From positions 16,381 through 80,380 of the forward strand of contig JAONKT010000001.1 in NCBI GenBank assembly GCA_028377625.1: 64,000 nucleotides of DNA. The letters are read 5' to 3'. The notes under the pieces are model-generated. The model was not told the origin of the DNA. It saw only the letters and a program-made list of their open reading frames with translations, and searched no databases. The position numbers and the translations under genes are program-made. Shown piece by piece: positions 60,441-64,000 of the stretch. Position 1 is the first letter of the stretch. Each line of letters opens with the position of its first letter. This DNA is from Nitrosopumilus sp. (GTDB lineage: Archaea > Thermoproteota > Nitrososphaeria > Nitrososphaerales > Nitrosopumilaceae).

Positions 60441-61397
60441 ATGCTAGTTCAAGATACTTCATTTCTAAAAAATGAGATTATGCGATTGAAAAAGGAAAAG
60501 GATGTTGTAATTTTAGCTCATAATTATGAAATTCCTGATGTTCAAGATGTAGCTGATTTCACTGGAGATTCACTTGGATTATCTCGATTGGCTGCTACTG
60601 TTACTCAAAAAACAATTTTATTTTGTGGAGTTCATTTTATGGCAGAAACTGCTGCAATTATTAGCCCTGAAAAAAGAGTTCTTTTACCTTCTTTAGAAGC
60701 TGGTTGTTCTTTATCTGATTCAATAACTGTTGATGAACTACGTAATTGGAAAAAACAACACCCTAATGCAATTTCTGTAGGTTATGTTAATACTACTGCT
60801 GAAATAAAATCTGAACTTGATTATTGTTGTACTTCATCTAATGCTGTAAATGTTGTAAAAGCAATTCCTGAAGATAAGGAAATTTTATTTTTACCTGATA
60901 TGTTTCTTGGTTCTTATGTTGCAAAAATGACTGGAAGGAAAAATATGCACATTTGGGCTGGTGAATGTCATGTACATGCTGGTATCACTCCTGAAGATGT
61001 TACTAAAAAATTAAAATCAATGAAGGATGCTGAGTTTGTTATTCATCCCGAATGTAGTTGTACAACACCTATGATGTATGATGTTGCTGATGGTAGTTAT
61101 GACGATAACAAAGTTTCTATTCTTTCAACTGAAGGAATGTTAAATCATGTAAGTAAATCTAAATCCAAAAATTTTGTCGTTGCAACTGAAACTGGAATCT
61201 TGTATAGAATGAAAAAACAAAATCCTGATAAAACATTCATACCTGCTTCTGAAAAAGCTGAATGTCAATATATGAAAATGATTACTCTTGAAAAAGTGTA
61301 TGATGCACTAGTACATGAAAAAAATGTTATCACTGTACCAAAAAAAATTGCTGATAAAGCACGTTTAGCAATTGATAGAATGCTTGAAATTAGTTAG
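60441..61397 (+). CDS. nadA: Quinolinate synthase
   Basis: LAHNY, GDSL, CGVHFMAE, AGCSL, CTSSNA, CHVH, HPEC, CQYMK. Confidence 0.96.
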   Translation: MLVQDTSFLKNEIMRLKKEKDVVILAHNYEIPDVQDVADFTGDSLGLSRLAATVTQKTILFCGVHFMAETAAIISPEKRVLLPSLEAGCSLSDSITVDELRNWKKQHPNAISVGYVNTTAEIKSELDYCCTSSNAVNVVKAIPEDKEILFLPDMFLGSYVAKMTGRKNMHIWAGECHVHAGITPEDVTKKLKSMKDAEFVIHPECSCTTPMMYDVADGSYDDNKVSILSTEGMLNHVSKSKSKNFVVATETGILYRMKKQNPDKTFIPASEKAECQYMKMITLEKVYDALVHEKNVITVPKKIADKARLAIDRMLEIS

Positions 61398-61408
61398 TGT
61401 GTGATATT

Positions 61409-61801
61409 TTGGTAGGATTATTTAGTAAAACTCCTGAAGATATTGCTTTTAAAAAAAATATTGAACAATTTAAAAAATTTAAAAAACTTGTGAAAGCAAA
61501 AAAATACCCTGATGCCTTGAAATTAGGCTTGGATTATTTGGAAAAAGTTCCTTACAATCATGACGTATTATTTACTATTGGAGGAATATATTATTTGAAC
61601 AATAAATTTCGTACTGCCATTTCTTTTTTTGATAGGGCACTTGAAACTGGGGATTCTGATGTGGAAGTTTTACTTATGAAGGCATATTCTCATCAAAAAT
61701 TACAAGAGAATAAAATTTCATTTGACTGTTGTAAAAAAATTCAAATTCTTGATCCCAAAAATAAACCAGCATCTAATCTACTTGCTGAATTAAATTCTTA
61801 A
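61409..61801 (+). CDS. TPR protein
   Basis: Probable TTG start (VGLFSK); TPR pattern; paralogue of 26249-26608. Confidence 0.8.
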   Translation: MVGLFSKTPEDIAFKKNIEQFKKFKKLVKAKKYPDALKLGLDYLEKVPYNHDVLFTIGGIYYLNNKFRTAISFFDRALETGDSDVEVLLMKAYSHQKLQENKISFDCCKKIQILDPKNKPASNLLAELNS

Positions 61802-62613
61802 ATTTCTAAACTAACATCTATTCCTTTTACTGAATTAGTAATGCTTCCAATTGAAATGATATCTACTCCTGTTTTACCATATTTTGATATGTTTTTAGAA
61901 TTAATTCCTCCGGATGCTTCTATCAAAATATTTTTTCGTAATTTTTTATCTTTCAGAATTTTAATTGTTTTAATGATTCTTGCTGGTGAAAAATTATCTA
62001 ACATGATTATTGTTGCTCCTTCTTGAGCTGCAAGAACTGCATCTTCTGTATTTTCAACTTCAACTTCAAATTTTTTATATTTTTTTTTAGTTTTTTTAAT
62101 TAGTGATGGTAAAGATTGTTCTACTGCTATATGATTGTCTTTAATCATCACCATTTCATCTAATCGTAATCTGTGTTTTTTACCTCCACCAATTTCTACA
62201 GCTTCTTTATCAAAATATCTTAATCCTGGTGCTGTTTTTCTTGTTGCATACAATTTTGTTTTATTTGGAATTTTTTTTACAAGTTGATTTGTTTGTGTTG
62301 CAATTCCACTCATTCTTGTTATAATGTTTAATGCTGTTCTTTCACATGTTAAAATTTTATCTGCATTTCCTGAAATTTCCATAATACTTTGATTTGGTTT
62401 AATTTTTGAACCATCTTTAGAAATGATTTTTACTTTACATCCTTTGATAGCAAAAATTTCTTTTGCATATTTCGTGCCTGCTATGATGGCATTCTCTCTT
62501 GAAATGATTTTTACTGATATTTTCTTTTTTGATAATAATTCACTTGTAATGTCACCTTTACCTATATCTTCTGCAAGAAATTGTTTTAATTGTTTTTTTG
62601 GATTAAATGACAA
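61798..62613 (-). CDS. nadC: Quinolinate phosphoribosyltransferase
   Basis: EDIG.GDIT, TRKTAPG, HR..L, IKDNH, EVEV, MLDN, EASGG. Confidence 0.96.
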   Translation of the reverse strand: MSFNPKKQLKQFLAEDIGKGDITSELLSKKKISVKIISRENAIIAGTKYAKEIFAIKGCKVKIISKDGSKIKPNQSIMEISGNADKILTCERTALNIITRMSGIATQTNQLVKKIPNKTKLYATRKTAPGLRYFDKEAVEIGGGKKHRLRLDEMVMIKDNHIAVEQSLPSLIKKTKKKYKKFEVEVENTEDAVLAAQEGATIIMLDNFSPARIIKTIKILKDKKLRKNILIEASGGINSKNISKYGKTGVDIISIGSITNSVKGIDVSLEI

Positions 62614-62658
62614 TATTATGATTAAATGTTAATATGATTTTAAAGATTTATAATTTTT

Positions 62659-62847
62659 TTATGTTACTTTGATTGCATATTTGCCTTTTTGAGTAATAGC
62701 TAAAGTTTTTGAAATTTCTGAATTTGTTGGGTCTACTACTAATACAACTCCATTCCAATCTGGTGTTAAGTCTGATGATTTACAACCTGGACAAACTTTT
62801 TCTGTTGTTACTCTTTTGCATTTTCTGCATGCCATTTCCCTAGCCAT
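62659..62847 (-). CDS. spt4: Transcription elongation factor Spt4 (RpoE'')
   Basis: ACRKC...CPGC, W.G.V...DP..SEI, GKYAIKV. Confidence 0.93.
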   Translation of the reverse strand: MAREMACRKCKRVTTEKVCPGCKSSDLTPDWNGVVLVVDPTNSEISKTLAITQKGKYAIKVT

Positions 62848-62848
62848 T

Positions 62849-63442
62849 TTAACTAGCCTCTACTTTTGCTTCTTTTGTTTTTTCGCCAGAGCTATTTCCT
62901 TTTTTAATCTCTTCAGCAATCCATTCATCTGCACCAAGGAATGGTTGTCTACAAGTAATTCCAATTTTGCCCATCGCTGCAGCTTTTCCTAATGAGACTG
63001 CAGTAATTCTTGCACGAAGTGTGGAACCAACTTTTAATGTTCTGCCACTTTGATTAGCTAAAATTAATCCTGATTTTACATCACTTTTGAGATAATCATC
63101 CATTACTTGTGATAAGTGAAGTAATGCATCTGTAGGACCAATTCTTACAAATGCACCAAAGTCTGTAATGTCTACAATTTCTCCTTGAACAATTTCTTGT
63201 AATTTTGGATAAAATGTTAATGCTTCAAATTTTACTTTATGGAATGTGCCTCCATCCCCTGCAATCATTTTTCCCATTTCGTCTACTTTGGCATCTAAAA
63301 TCATAATTATGTAACCTAATTCTGCATTAATCATGCTCTCATACTTCTCTTTCAAAATATTCATTCCTGCCTTTTTGAGCGTGGTTCCAAACAAGCTTGG
63401 AGGAATCCTAACAACATCAACTAGGGTAGATATAGAAAACAC
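62849..63442 (-). CDS. rpoE1: RNA polymerase subunit E' (Rpo7)
   Basis: DVVRIPP, GDGG, FGAFVRIGP.DALLH.SQ, CRQPFLG; GTG start at 63442. Confidence 0.95.
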   Translation of the reverse strand: MFSISTLVDVVRIPPSLFGTTLKKAGMNILKEKYESMINAELGYIIMILDAKVDEMGKMIAGDGGTFHKVKFEALTFYPKLQEIVQGEIVDITDFGAFVRIGPTDALLHLSQVMDDYLKSDVKSGLILANQSGRTLKVGSTLRARITAVSLGKAAAMGKIGITCRQPFLGADEWIAEEIKKGNSSGEKTKEAKVEAS

Positions 63443-63588
63443 TGTTCCTTTTTTCTTGAATTTCAATTTATGAATCTTTGGGTGATTCCACTTCAAAATC
63501 TAAAGATTTTGATGATTTTCCGAAAAAATCACAATTTTTTTCCACATCTGACTTATCTTTAAATATTGTATCTTGATTTTTTGATGCA

Positions 63589-64000
63589 ATGGTTGGCATA
63601 GATCAAGTTCTTGAAAAACTTAGTACTGTCATTGATCCTGATTTAAAAAAAGATATTGTATCAATGGGCATGATTAAGGATTTGGAGCTTAATGATGGTG
63701 ATCTTAAATTTACTTTAGAATTAACAACCCCTGCATGCCCCTTCAATGTTGAAATTGAGGATGATGTGAGAAAAGTAATTGCTGAACTTTCTGACTTAAA
63801 GAATTTTGATTTGAATGTAACTGCAAAAGTAATGGATGGTCGAGATTTAGGTGCTGATACTCAAATGGCAACCGTGAAAAATATTATCGGTGTAGCAAGT
63901 GGAAAAGGTGGTGTTGGTAAATCCACTGTTTCATTAAATTTAGCTTTAGCATTATCTCAAACAGGAGCTAAGGTTGGTTTACTTGATGCAGATATCTATG
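63589..64000 (+). CDS. mrp: Mrp/NBP35 Fe-S cluster carrier ATPase (runs off window)
   Basis: MVGIDQV...[38 protein letters not shown]. Confidence 0.93.
   Translation, partial: MVGIDQVLEKLSTVIDPDLKKDIVSMGMIKDLELNDGDLKFTLELTTPACPFNVEIEDDVRKVIAELSDLKNFDLNVTAKVMDGRDLGADTQMATVKNIIGVASGKGGVGKSTVSLNLALALSQTGAKVGLLDADIY

Overview
AT-rich, gene-dense chromosomal segment of an ammonia-oxidising archaeon (Nitrosopumilaceae-like, Thaumarchaeota/Nitrososphaerota). The assignment rests on archaeal ribosomal, exosome and RNAP genes, an AnirK-type nirK, a divergent FtsZ homologue and thaumarchaeal surface-protein motifs. Most of the window is core genome: cofE, two aconitase-family large/small pairs, rps9-rpl13-rpl18e-rpoD, the SBDS-exosome-rpl37ae-pcc1-prefoldin cluster, tRNA-Gly(GCC) and tRNA-Glu(CTC), DUF47-pit, sbtAB, arsR/arsC/aquaporin, split metH, nurA-herA-mre11-rad50, nadX-nadA-nadC, spt4-rpoE1 and mrp. 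I found no CRISPR array, integrase or transposase. Several elements are absent from the ORF track: a 48-aa, 9-Cys metallothionein-like gene (24204-24350), three more Cys/His micro-proteins, rpl39e and a well-formed box C/D sRNA (18787-18850). The best leads are a half-length deoxyhypusine-hydroxylase-like HEAT protein among redox genes (51001-51489), the metallothionein-like gene, the sRNA, a stand-alone apparently inactive PLD-like domain, and a small S-layer-like paralogue. All family calls come from motif recognition by eye; no database searches were run.
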